A stretch of 45,353 nt of DNA, filler included, from Catajapyx aquilonaris (GCA_000934665.2; 2 parts of 2 records of this genome joined end to end with filler, not necessarily neighbours in it); one strand, 5' to 3'. Counted from the whole stretch's first letter, positions 10,701-20,548 are shown. Program-made: numbers and translations. The notes: generated by a model not told the origin, from the sequence alone.

Positions 10701-13700
10701 TTGCCGGCCCCGGGATTTGATCCCAGGACCTCCCGATTAGCAGTCGGACGCCTTATCCACTATGCCAACCTGCTTCGGTTAATTTTTTGATATCAATGTG
10801 ATGACTGATGGTATTTAACTTTGGCTCTCGTTTCGAAAATTTCATTTGTTTGCAAAATTCTCGCTTTTTGCCATGAATTTGCACATCTGTGAGGAAGTTA
10901 GCATTTTTGTCGAAAAGAGGAGACAATTTCACACGTGAAACTTGTATCATATCAAGCATTTACATTGTCGTGTAAATGTGATAAAAGTACAATTTACGCC
11001 TGTAGAGAGGCAACCACGCATCAGCGGACCAAGTTCTTATGCGAAAGGTTCTAACATGGACCTAAACATATCTCCTCACACTTTGACACTCTTATCGATG
11101 GCCAGATTTTTTTGTGCAAAAGGTGATCACGTTCACGTGGAATTGCCCAGTAGCGGACCAAATTTATTTGGAACTATTTCTAGATATATTAAAACTATAA
11201 CTACATTAACTATATTATTAAGTGAATTAAACACAAAGGACAAGTGTACACTATCTGCGACATGAAGACGGACCTAGGTGAGCCGCTCATTTTCATTCAG
11301 CGGCGTGGCCACTAGCGCAGCGCTCCACGTCAGTACCTATAGCTCCGTAACCATTTCGTATTCCAAAATTCCGTTTGTACCACTGATAGAGGACACTGTG
11401 AGGTGTATTTTGATATCAATATAATGCCATTTGACTTTGGCTCTCTTTTTGAAAATGTCATTTGTTTGCAAAAATGTCGCATTTTGACATGAATTTGCAC
11501 AGCAACCGGAAAGTGACTATTTTTGTCGGAAAGAGGAGACAATTTCACACATGAAACATGTATTACATCATGCATTTACGTTGGCATGTAAATGTAATAG
11601 GGGGGCGCCTCTAACTGTGATCCAAGTGCAATTAGCGCCTGTAGATAGGCAACCACGCATCGGCGGACCAAATCCTTATGGGAAAGGTCATAACTTGACA
11701 TGGACTCAAACATATCTCACACTCATCGACGGGCAAATTTTTTCGTGCTAAAGGTGGTCACGTTCATGTGAAATTGCCCGCACTGCCAATTTATGCCAAT
11801 TTGGAGTGAATGTGAATATATCATCAATTTCCCTTTTAACTTGGAATTGTGAAAAGTACATATTCTTATTATGGTTTCAGGCATCAAATATGAATACATC
11901 TTGACTGAAAGAACTGGCCAGAAGCAGAATGTTGGCATGATCACGTTGAATCGACCAAAAGCATTGAATGCTTTATGTAATGGGCTCATGTCAGACGTGA
12001 GCAGTGCCCTTAATGAATTTGAAGCCGATGCTAACATTGGAGCCATTATCATCACTGGAAGTGGGAAAGCATTTGCTGCTGGTAAGTATTTTGCATAGAC
12101 ACATGGTGTATCTTACTAGTGAAACATCTGGCCGCCAACATAGTCATTGAACCTACAGAGGTTGAAATTGAGGGGTAGGAGAGGTTCAGAGACCTATGGG
12201 CAGAGCCTTATTTTCCAATAGGTCTTACAATCTTACAATCTAGCATTCCATAATTTTTTTATCATTTTAGTTGTGTTTTGGGGACTATCATGAACTAATA
12301 AAATCAAACAAAACCCAAAATTTAAACAAAAAATCTTTCAGGCATATCTGGGTTAAACATAATTGAGTCATTCCATGTTTGATGAACAGTTTCAACAAAG
12401 GAATACTTGTTTACTTTTATTTTATTCATTGTCATTACTTGCAATTTCAAAATTCAATTTATTACTCTTGAACCAATAATTGCCACACTCTAGATAGGAC
12501 AGGGCTATTCAACCAAATACTATTAACGCGCTTCGCTAATACGGGACACTCCCTCTACAGAAAACTGGCGAAGCTGCCGCGCGCGTCATCTGTTGGCTCG
12601 GGGTGTGGTTAGCCCTTCAGCCCGCAGCCACTAGTGCAAATACGTCAATGTTTTCCAATTTAAATTAATTATTTCACAGCGTTTACGTACATGACCCGTG
12701 CACTAAAAAATCAGAAATGATCTATATTAGGCCTACAGGTTAAGTATCCGGCTCTTTCGAGTGCTGACGCTCCATGCCACTAAGGAAAATGAAACGAAAG
12801 GGAAGCTATTTGTTTGGCTCTAATTACTGACGTAAATATCACGTAAGTGCTTAACAATGGATAGGTCAAACACTTCATACTGCTGATAAATGATGTCATG
12901 CAATTCAAGCCATATAACAGGTACAGTGGTTGAACTTAAGTTAGTGGAATTAAGTTGTACAGGTTTATAAGAAACTCCAGGGAAGAATTCAACTAACAAG
13001 GTTTTAATTACTTATGCTTATTTACTCTATTACTCAACATGAATGCACCCTACGTTTCTTTTCATGATAGACTTTTCAGGACATAGCAACAATAAATCAT
13101 TTCATACTCAATTAACCCTTAACTACTTAGGTGGAGCCTGAGTGGCTCCCACAGTATATTTAAATTTCTGCTTATCAGCTAAATTGTTATATTGGACTTT
13201 TCACATACAGAAAGTGCAGTTCAGATAATTAGGCTTCCGATAACGTAAAATCACACGCCGAGTCAGCATATTCCGACAGAAAAACGGGCCTTGTTTATGA
13301 CTTAATTACATCACGTTTAAATATGGTTGAAGCCGCTCAGGCTCCATCTAAGTAGTTAAGGGTTAATTGAGTATGAAATGATTTATTGTTGCTATGTCCT
13401 GAAAAGTCTATCATGAAAAGAAACGTAGGGTGCATTCATGTGAGTAATAAAGTAAATAAGCATAATTAAAACCTTGTTAGTTGAATTCTTCCCTGGAGTT
13501 TCTTATAAACCTGTACGACTTAATTCCACTTAACTTAAGTTCAACCACTATACCTGTTATATGGCGTGAATTGCATGACATCATTTATCAGCAGTATGAA
13601 GTGTTTGACCAACCCATTGTTAAGCACTTACGTGATATTTACGTCAGTAATTAGAGCCAAACAAATAGCTTCCCTTTCGTTTCATTTTCCTTAGTGGCAT

Positions 13701-16700
13701 GGAGCGTCAGCACTCGAAAGAGCCGGATACTTAACCTGTAGGCCTAATATAGATCATTCCTGATTTTTTGGTGCACGGGTCATGTACGTAAACGCTGTGA
13801 AACAATTAATTTAAATTGGAAAACATTGACGTATTTGCACTAGTGGCTGCGGGCTGAGGGGCTAACCACACCCCGAGCCAACAGATGGCGCGCGCGGCAG
13901 CTTCGCCAGTTTTTGGCCGGAGTGTCCCATATTAGCGAAGCGCGTTAATAATATTTGATTCAACTAGTTTCTGACAAGGTCCAGTATTTACCTTTCCTGG
14001 GCCATTGAAGGTGCGGACCCCCCCCCCCCCCCACCCCCCCCAANTTAAAATATGGTACCACAGGGTTCATATTCGAAAATATAAACATGTGCAGCAAGGG
14101 TAGGAGCATCAAGACAGGGCATATTAACACAATTTCGCCCTTTATGATGTCCTGTACAGGCGCATAGGCAGAAGAATTTCGGAGGGGGGCCCATTTCGTA
14201 AGCACAAGGTGAACAAGCCGTAAAGGGCGGGGAACGAGCCCGCCGCAGGCGAAATTTTTTGTGGGTGAGGTGAGGGGCTTAGGTGGTGATGAAATTGGTA
14301 GCACTTTTTCCAAAAAATCATGAATTAGTAATTAATCATGCTATTTAAAACTGTCCTGTATATTGTCGCGGTCCGGACAAAATTGCGTCGCGGTCCGCCA
14401 GTTGAATATCCCTGCTCTAGGAATAGTGTCATTAGTCTCAGCTCATTGAGTAGATTCAGAAAATATACAGAAACCTTCAAGATTTTTGCGGGGCTAAACT
14501 GCGCCGAAGCCCAGTGTAGTCTGTCAGAACACGTAGGTGTCTTCCCAGCATCTTCACCAATTATTGTAACCCCTGCACGAACGTAGGGGCTGGGAAGTTA
14601 GTAGTGAGAAAAACTACATCTGTTCTGTAGTGCAGCTACTCAAAGGGTACTTAATTTACATTCATCTCTACACAACACATCATTAGCTGTTAACGCATAC
14701 TATGCAACCAATCACTACGCAACATGACCAAAACCGGAATTAATGAATATATCAAAAATGTTCATTCCCTATTGCCTTAATTGAAGTGGTCTAGTCATGC
14801 ATAACCAGTGTTGCAAAAAAAAAAAAAATGTATTCCGTTAAATGTCACATTTAGTGAGCAATTTGCAACTCTAAAAATTTCCTGGTATTAGGCATTGCTA
14901 GAAAAAATTTAATACAAATTAAGGTTACTGTGGTCTCCTGTGGGAATTAGTTTGAGTAGGACAAATTAAAAAATTACTAATTTCAAATGCTTATTTCCAC
15001 ACCGCTGGTAGACATGGGGGCAAAATTGAGTTTTACTTTTTCATCGTAAATTAGGAAAACTTACAACTAAAAAAAACCAAATAAAATACAATTCATGAGT
15101 GTGTTTTAAGAAACCGTGCAAAAAAGTCATGTTGCAAAATAACAATATGGGGTTTTACAATGTCAGTGTGTTGATTAAAATTGTTTTTAAACAGGTGCAG
15201 ATATCAAGGAGATGCAAAACCTGTCATTTCCTGGAGTATACACAGGAGATTTTTTGAATCATTGGACTCGAGTAGCTGAGTGTAAAAAACCTGTAATTGC
15301 TGCTGTCAATGGTTTTGCGGTAAATTCATGTATCTTAGACTACTGTGAAGGAATAGTGTTTTAAAACTTTCTTTTCTTCAAATAGCTTGGTGGGGGTTGT
15401 GAGTTGGCCATGATGTGTGACATAATTTATGCAGGTGACAAGGCTAAGTTTGGTCAGCCAGAGATCAACTTGGGGACCATACCTGGTGCAGGAGGGACTC
15501 AGAGATTGATCAGAGTGGTTGGAAAGTCCAAGGCAATGGAGATGGTGCTCACAGGAAACATGGTGGAGGCTCAGGAAGCAGAAAAAATGGGTAAAGCAAG
15601 ATTATTCAATATACATGCTGATTCATATTTATTGTCATTTACTTTAACAGGATTAGTTAGCAAAGTTGTCCCATCAGATCAGCTGCTAAATGAATCCGTG
15701 AAGTTGGCAGAAAAAATTGCTTCTTTTTCCAAGGTGTCTGTGCAGCTATGTAAAGAGGCTGTCAATGCTGGTTAGTGTATTTCCTTCTTTTCCTACTCCA
15801 TATTACTTTTAACCATAATCTGTGTCATTAGCAAAGGGAAGATGCAGTTCAGGGAAATGTTATATGGAACCATGTCCATAACAATGATTAACCCTGCGAC
15901 GGTGACGTGGCCTCTCTTTGTGACCAAGTCACATTTTGTTATAACATGGGAAATATAGCACATTTGGGCTTCACCTTTGAGACAGTCATGGGTTGATTCC
16001 TTCCACGATAAATGACATTTACTTTACATTTTTTGAGCAAATATTACGATCAAAAAAAATGAATTATGCATCCAAAATGTCCCCGCCTTCGAGAGCCCGC
16101 ATTCAAATCGAATCAGGGGATTATTTCTTTATTTGTCTATTTTTAGAACGTGCAGGAGGTTTGGCTTTATTTTAGAATAACTGTTCATGAATCACTTATT
16201 GATAAGGTCAAGTCGCCCTCTGGAATGCAGGAGGTGAATCATTCTTGGAATGCAGTCTTAGTCACAACTATGCATTGGTAACTTTTTTTTTTTTTTTTTC
16301 CTGATCCTGCTATTTGCTCAAAAAATTTCAACCAAATGCCATTTATCACTGGAGGAATCTAAGGAAGATGTTCTCAAAGGTGAATGTCAAATGTGCTACA
16401 TTTTCCATGTCATAGCGAAAAAAGTGGCGTTGGTCGCAAAAAGAGGCCACGCCACCGTCCGAGGGTTCATGTGTATTGCAGCAGACATAAGGAAATTTGG
16501 TGTATATTGTCGCGGTCCGGACAAAATTATGTCGCAGTCCGCCAGTTGAATAGCCCTGCTATAAGCCATATAAAATGTGTCTGATATGTATAACCTGGCT
16601 ATTAATTTCCCATGGAAACCATGTTTCAAGTGAAATGAAATCAGATTTTTTTCATTATTAATTTTCCTTATAAAGGGATATTAAAAAATTTTTGGCGCAC

Positions 16701-18524
16701 ATTGTCAAGCTGTAACTCACTTTTCAAGTTCTAATTAGGATATGGCAAGACATATTGTAATTATGCAGGTGAAGGGGGAGAGTTTTTCCCCCAATATTTT
16801 AACCCTGGAACCGTGTCGTGCCTGAAAGTGACGTTAACCGTGTCGTGGGGTCCTGTAGGACCCCATCCCCATGCCATATTTTAATTTTTATTAATTTTTA
16901 TATAATACTTATCAATGTATTGACTATATGCAATCATTCTTTGAACAATACGTAAAATGATCACTAATTCAAAATAAACATGCACTTCCTGTTATATAGT
17001 TTTTAAAAACGGCAACAGTTCATTTCTGTAGTGGAGAGTCAGTCTAAAATTGCTAAGATGCTCTGAAGTTCAACAAAATAAAATTCTAGTCCAGCGTGAG
17101 TGCATGATTTGATTGATGGTGTAGGGAGTTTCGTAAAAGGCGAATATCAGCCTGAAGGTACTTAACTGAAAATATAGCTTGCAATAAGAACTGATACAAA
17201 CGAGTATGCCGGGAACCGTGATGTGGGGGTCCTTTTGGACCCCACGAGAGCGTGGGTTCAATAACAACAACTTACTAATCTACATTTTGGTAGGTGTGAA
17301 AATTATGAATCCAGATTTGATCCATGAAATGAAGATTTTTGATGAATAAACGGATTTTCAGGTCATTATCGTTTCAAGGTCACTTTATGCAATGCATTTT
17401 AATTCATTTGGGGTCCTAAAAGACACCACGACATGGTTCCAGGGTTAAAAGGGAATTATGCTCCCGCAAAACTCATTTAGTGGTGTTGGATTTACACCCC
17501 TGTCTAGCTCAGAACAAATGAGATTACAGATTGTCATGATGTAACATCATGCACCCCAGTTGAATCTGATATCTGGATGTGTTCCACTTTGGTTCAAATT
17601 GTCTCGGACCAGTTCGTTCCCATTGCTTGTGTGCCATAACACTCTTTGCATACTTCAAAATGGTATGCCAGATGACATCGTTTTAAAATGTAGGCATTTT
17701 ATATTTCAGCCTATGAAATGACTTTGAAAGAGGGCCTTCACTTTGAAAAGAGACTGTTCCACTCCACCTTTGCAACTGTGAGTAGTAGAGCATTCAGTTA
17801 TATGTCCACAAGTGTTGTGCAGGTGTTTGTAGGGCAAACTAAGGTGTTCAAAGTCCTTATTAATAATAATAATAACGCTGGGGTAATGTGCTTTCGCCCC
17901 CACCTGGGGGCATATCGCACAGACCTTTATTTGATGATGGTACATTTGGAGCCTATTCATTTGAAATGCCCGGGCCCACGGGCAGGATGACAGGAGGGGG
18001 TGTGCAAGGTGCAGTGCAATGTCCTAATGTGGGCATTTTTAGTGAACTCCCCCGGGTGGTTTAGTCTGTAGGAAATACCACCCGAGATGAAGCCAGAGTC
18101 GACCCTGAACTCTGCACGAGATGAAGGGGGTGCGTCCCCGGGCGAGATTTGATACCGGGACCTTAACATCCATAGGCGCATACGTTACCGCAGCACCACT
18201 TCGCCTCCCCTCTAAAAGTCCTTATTACGTACAGTATATGTGTAATTCAGTACCGAAGCAGGTTGGCATAGTGGATAAGGCGTCTGACTGCTAATCGGGA
18301 GGTCCTGGGTTCGAATCCCGGGTCTGGCAACTCTGACCGTGGTTTTCTGTGGTTTCCCACGGTCCTTCCAGGGAAATTCCGGAGTTGCTTCCGTAATTAA
18401 TAGGCCACAGCCGCTTCCTTCCGTCCCTATCCTATCCCAAAGAGCACAGTAAAATGAAAAGCAAAGAGTTCCAGGCAAAACAAATTTCCCCCCTAAAGGG
18501 CCGATGGCTGATAACGGGGTATGA

Positions 18525-18570
<46 letters not shown>

Positions 18571-18875
18571 GTGTAATTCAGCAATATTACATCATACTGT
18601 ATAGTTTCACTGTATCAGTGACCAAATATCACTGACGTAGGTTTTTGCAATAATAACTGGCTGTGGGTGTTTGAAGACAAAAGACATCTTGTGTGGATCA
18701 GTTTGTTTTGTCTGTTACTGCTTGTATTAATTAGGATTTTCAAATTACTTCATAATTATACTGCTTTATTCCCATGAACATTATCATAAAATCCAGTACA
18801 GTAGTGTGTAACCCCATGTATAATCAATACATATCATTACCTGGTTCTAAATATTATTCAGTGCTTTATTTTTTG

Positions 18876-18937
<62 letters not shown>

Positions 18938-20404
18938 GGTTGGGTAATGCTTTCACCCATCAGGGTTTATCGCATGGACCTTTATTAATAGCTGTTGGTG
19001 TATACATAGTACATGGTACCTATTTAGCGTATCGCCCGGGCCCATGGGCAGGATGACAGGAGGGGATGTGCAAGGTGCAGTGCATCTGACGCTGTGGCCA
19101 TATTTAGTGAACTCCCCCGGGTGGTTTAGTCTCGAGGAAATACCACCCGAGACGAAGCCAGAGACGACCCCACTCTGCATGAGATGAAGGGGGTGTCCCC
19201 GGGCTGGGATCGAACCCGGGACCGTAACATCCGTAGGCGCGTGCGTTACCGCAGCACCACTCCGCCTTCCCTTTGGAATAAATATCAATCAGAATAGGGG
19301 AAAATTGAAGGGTTTGGTGGAAAAACAGGATAAGTCCACTTTTGTTACTTTAGAGAAAACAAAGAAAAACTGAATTCCCGGAATATTTCAAAAATGTTTA
19401 TAATGATAATTTTTTGTTGAATAGGATGATACCAAAGTCAACATTCACCAGAATATGAAGTTTGTACTGTACTATGCATATTACACAATCTACAGTAGAG
19501 TATAATGTGGACGAATGTGGACAAGTCTTGTTTTTGCACCGAAATAGAACCAGACATGTCCAAATAAATTGTTTTTGTGTCTATGTTATGAGCATAGACA
19601 ATCTTTTTTCTCCATTAGAGGCATACATAGTGTTACAAACTCATCACCTAATTCAGTGGTTTCTCGGGGGTTGTGGCCAGGGTCGCAGGGGGTCGCAAGC
19701 CTTTGTTCAACTTTTTTGTTTGCAACTTCTGGGTGAATTGAACCGTTTTTGCAGCCGTACAGAATGTTTATTAGGCAGGAAATAAATTTTCCAGCCATAT
19801 ATGGGTTAATAAGCAGGAATGACCAGAATTAGTTCTGCCTAGTTTTGGCTGTTTCAAAATGACCAGAACTAGTTCTGGTTGGGATTGAGCCTAGAGCATA
19901 TACTGTACATACTAAAGTCCAGTCTGTGGGCCTACTGTGATCCATGGTGGGAAATACTACCCCGTCACAATTTTTTTCCACAGTATACTGTACAAGAAAT
20001 TTGCCGCCCCTAAACATTTGCTACTCTTGGCAGTTGCCTACTTTGCCTAATGGGAAATACAGCTCTGCTTGTTGTCTGAACTTGAGTATCAGTAAGGAAA
20101 ATTTTGCCTCTCTCTTTGCTAAATTTTTTTTGCAACTCCCCAAAATTCTGCCACCTTGTAGGCCATGATCTGGAATGGCCAATAAGCCCCTGCATTAACC
20201 AGTAAAACTCCCAATATTTAAACATTGGCTTGATAAATTTACAGCTCACAGTCAGTAGTGGACTGCAGAAGTGCACTTTAATAACCACATTGAGATACAC
20301 ATTGTGACTAACCTGCTGTTGCTTTTAAAATTTTTCAGCGTGACAGAAAAGAAGGAATGATGGCATTTATTGAAAAACGACCTCCAAATTTCACTGACAA
20401 CTGA
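1697..20404 (+). CDS. ECHS1: Mitochondrial short-chain enoyl-CoA hydratase (crotonase); join(1697..1784,11881..12081,15195..15319,15386..15590,15651..15770,17710..17777,20339..20404), 873 nt, 290 aa
   Basis: All introns are GT-AG with compatible phases (1,1,0,1,1,0). The spliced protein has [45 protein letters not shown] (catalytic Glu144), [19 protein letters not shown] (Glu164) and C-terminal [17 protein letters not shown]. It appears colinear with human ECHS1 as I recall it. Confidence 0.96.
1843..2123. mobile_element. piggyBac-like MITE
   Basis: TTAA at 1839-1842 and 2124-2127; TIR cccttaactggtgacctgg / ccaggtcactagttaagtg; ggggtc-n6-gacccc palindromes. Confidence 0.85.
2901..3221. mobile_element. 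Tc1/mariner-like palindromic MITE
   Basis: ta|cagggt start and acactg end; long inverted repeat ttttttgtccgaacagttatcggaaa...gcagtgacttgcaa / ttgcaagtcactgc...tttccgataactgttcggacaaaaaaa. Confidence 0.7.
3598..3954 (-). mobile_element. tRNA-derived SINE family S1, copy 1
   Basis: Head ggggaggcggagtggtgctgcggtaa...ggtttgatccc (A/B boxes), (TTA)n tail, TSD tttttgtgtata; near-identical to copies at 17863 and 18882. Confidence 0.9.
4486..5461. mobile_element. hAT MITE with gtaac/gttac subterminal repeats
   Basis: TIR cagagttgggta / tacccaactctg; perfect 8-bp TSD attataac (4478-4485, 5462-5469). Confidence 0.88.
4849..5266. mobile_element. Kolobok-like MITE
   Basis: TTAA TSD (4845-4848, 5267-5270) with AGGGACACT...AGTGTCCCT ends (RR...YY termini) and TIRs of about 120 bp. 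Confidence 0.8.
5706..6973. mobile_element. piggyBac-like MITE carrying a SINE insertion; same family as 16803-17444, opposite orientation
   Basis: ttaa|ccctggaaccgtg ... cacggttccagga (right end decayed); 6790-6935 is the reverse complement of about 16875-17022. Confidence 0.82.
5750..6748 (-). mobile_element. Long (about 1 kb) tRNA-headed SINE, family S3
   Basis: 15-bp TSD gaccccaaaggaatt (5735-5749, 6749-6763); A box tggtctggtgg, B box ggttcaaatccc; (AAT)n/(CAT)n tail. Confidence 0.8.
7330..7560 (+). pseudogene. Degenerate piggyBac transposase fragment
   Basis: Broken frames give [16 protein letters not shown] and [11 protein letters not shown], matching in order the piggyBac LHF..D / YDKL.K.R / SIDE.MI.F motifs. 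Confidence 0.55.
7633..7800. mobile_element. Fragment of the TTAA-CCCC element family also found at 21225-22100
   Basis: ttaa|ccccttcagccccagc start; 7742-7800 is the reverse complement of about 22005-22065. Confidence 0.6.
7858..8710. repeat. Head-to-head array of 150-160-bp units (three forward, three reverse); foldback-like
   Basis: Unit atgttccctagg...ggagttatgcggtgttgccaacctg...gtgccacttggcacat starts near 7862, 8021 and 8169, then is inverted from about 8270 to 8700. Confidence 0.85.
8770..9508 (+). mobile_element. Degenerate mariner transposon (transposase remnants and right TIR)
   Basis: [25 protein letters not shown] (N-terminus), [32 protein letters not shown] (YSPDLAPSDY motif); ends ttgaacgacccttg|ta. 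Confidence 0.88.
9532..11779. mobile_element. Non-autonomous DNA transposon with about 572-bp TIRs and 4-bp TSD (Sola2-like)
   Basis: Arms 9532-10103 and 11208-11779 are near-perfect reverse complements; GGGCAA...TTGCCC termini; gcac duplicated at 9528-9531 and 11780-11783. Superfamily inferred only from GRG ends and the 4-bp TSD. Confidence 0.8.
10482..10780 (-). mobile_element. tRNA-derived SINE family S2
   Basis: TSD aattttttgatat (10469-10481, 10781-10793); head accgaagcaggttggcatagtgg; (TATTA)n tail. Confidence 0.9.
11881..12081 (+). CDS. ECHS1: ECHS1 coding exon 2 (IKYEYIL...GKAFAAG), 201 nt
   Basis: tttcag acceptor, gtaagt donor, [11 protein letters not shown] motif; inside ORF 11871..12098. 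Confidence 0.97.
12514..13957. mobile_element. Foldback element with about 600-bp arms and 7-bp TSD (P/Galileo-like by TSD and CA...TG ends)
   Basis: 12514-13115 is the reverse complement of 13363-13957; attcaac duplicated at 12507-12513 and 13958-13964. Confidence 0.85.
13116..13362. mobile_element. piggyBac-like MITE at the centre of the foldback
   Basis: ttaa|cccttaactacttaggtggagcctgag ... ctcaggctccatctaagtagttaaggg|ttaa; shares the cccttaact start with 1843-2123. Confidence 0.78.
15195..15319 (+). CDS. ECHS1: ECHS1 coding exon 3 (ADIKEMQ...VIAAVNGFA)
   Basis: aaacag acceptor, gtaaat donor; translated by hand, crotonase motifs. Confidence 0.96.
15386..15590 (+). CDS. ECHS1: ECHS1 coding exon 4 ([10 protein letters not shown]...EAEKMG)
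   Basis: aaatag acceptor, gtaaag donor; carries both catalytic glutamates. Confidence 0.97.
15651..15770 (+). CDS. ECHS1: ECHS1 coding exon 5 (LVSKVVP...KEAVNA)
   Basis: taacag acceptor, gttagt donor, 120 nt. Confidence 0.96.
15892..16465. mobile_element. piggyBac-like MITE
   Basis: ttaa|ccctgcgacggtgacgtggcctctctttgtgacc ... ggtcgcaaaaagaggccacgccaccgtccgaggg|ttca (right TSD mutated). Confidence 0.78.
16501..16558. mobile_element. Solo terminus of the hAT MITE family
   Basis: Near-identical to 14358-14414 (tgtatattgtcgcggtccggacaaaatt...ccgccagttgaata). Confidence 0.75.
16803..17444. mobile_element. piggyBac-like MITE
   Basis: TTAA at 16799-16802 and 17445-17448; TIR ccctggaaccgtgtcgtg / cacgacatggttccaggg; three ggggtc-n-gacccc-type palindromes. 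Confidence 0.88.
17710..17777 (+). CDS. ECHS1: ECHS1 coding exon 6 ([22 protein letters not shown])
   Basis: tttcag acceptor, gtgagt donor; matches the ECHS1 C-terminal region. Confidence 0.95.
17863..18213 (-). mobile_element. SINE family S1, copy 2
   Basis: TSD aaagtccttatta (17850-17862, 18215-18227); homologous to copy 1. Confidence 0.9.
18251..18565 (+). mobile_element. SINE family S2, best-preserved copy
   Basis: 16-bp TSD tatatgtgtaattcag; A box tggcatagtgg, anticodon-like loop ctGCTaa, B box ggttcgaatccc; (TTA)n tail. Confidence 0.92.
18882..19271 (-). mobile_element. SINE family S1, copy 3
   Basis: TSD tttggaataa (18872-18881, 19272-19281); B box ggttcgatccc; long (TTA)n tail. Confidence 0.9.
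20339..20404 (+). CDS. ECHS1: ECHS1 coding exon 7 ([21 protein letters not shown])
   Basis: tttttcag acceptor, phase 0, TGA at 20402-20404. Confidence 0.95.
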   Translation, partial: RDRKEGMMAFIEKRPPNFTDN

Positions 20405-20548
20405 TTTGGTGAGTTTTATGTGCGTTGTCATTATCAGTAAAGTTGTGCAACTTGGATGCAGTTTTAAGTTGTCAAAACAGCAGGTGGGGCATGGTAGGTT
20501 GAAGAGTTCGAGTTTTCCAGGGGTGGATTCACAAATACGAGGGGCATA

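Larger units (their letters stand above)
12500..14414. mobile_element. hAT-like MITE (same family as 2561-7174) interrupted inside its TIR by a foldback element
   Basis: cagggctattcaac ... gttgaatatccctg; internal 13965-14414 is homologous to the fragments of the 2561-7174 copy; TSD only partly conserved (agatagga / ctctagga). Confidence 0.8.

Noticed and set aside
9560..11751. Duplicated ORF pairs (9560..9760 with 11551..11751; 9736..9981 with 11330..11575) as paralogous small genes
   Set aside because: They are the two arms of one TIR element.
18255..18330. Functional tRNA-Ser(GCT) gene
   Set aside because: No long variable arm, imperfect acceptor stem, and it is followed by a SINE body, tail and TSD; four dispersed copies.
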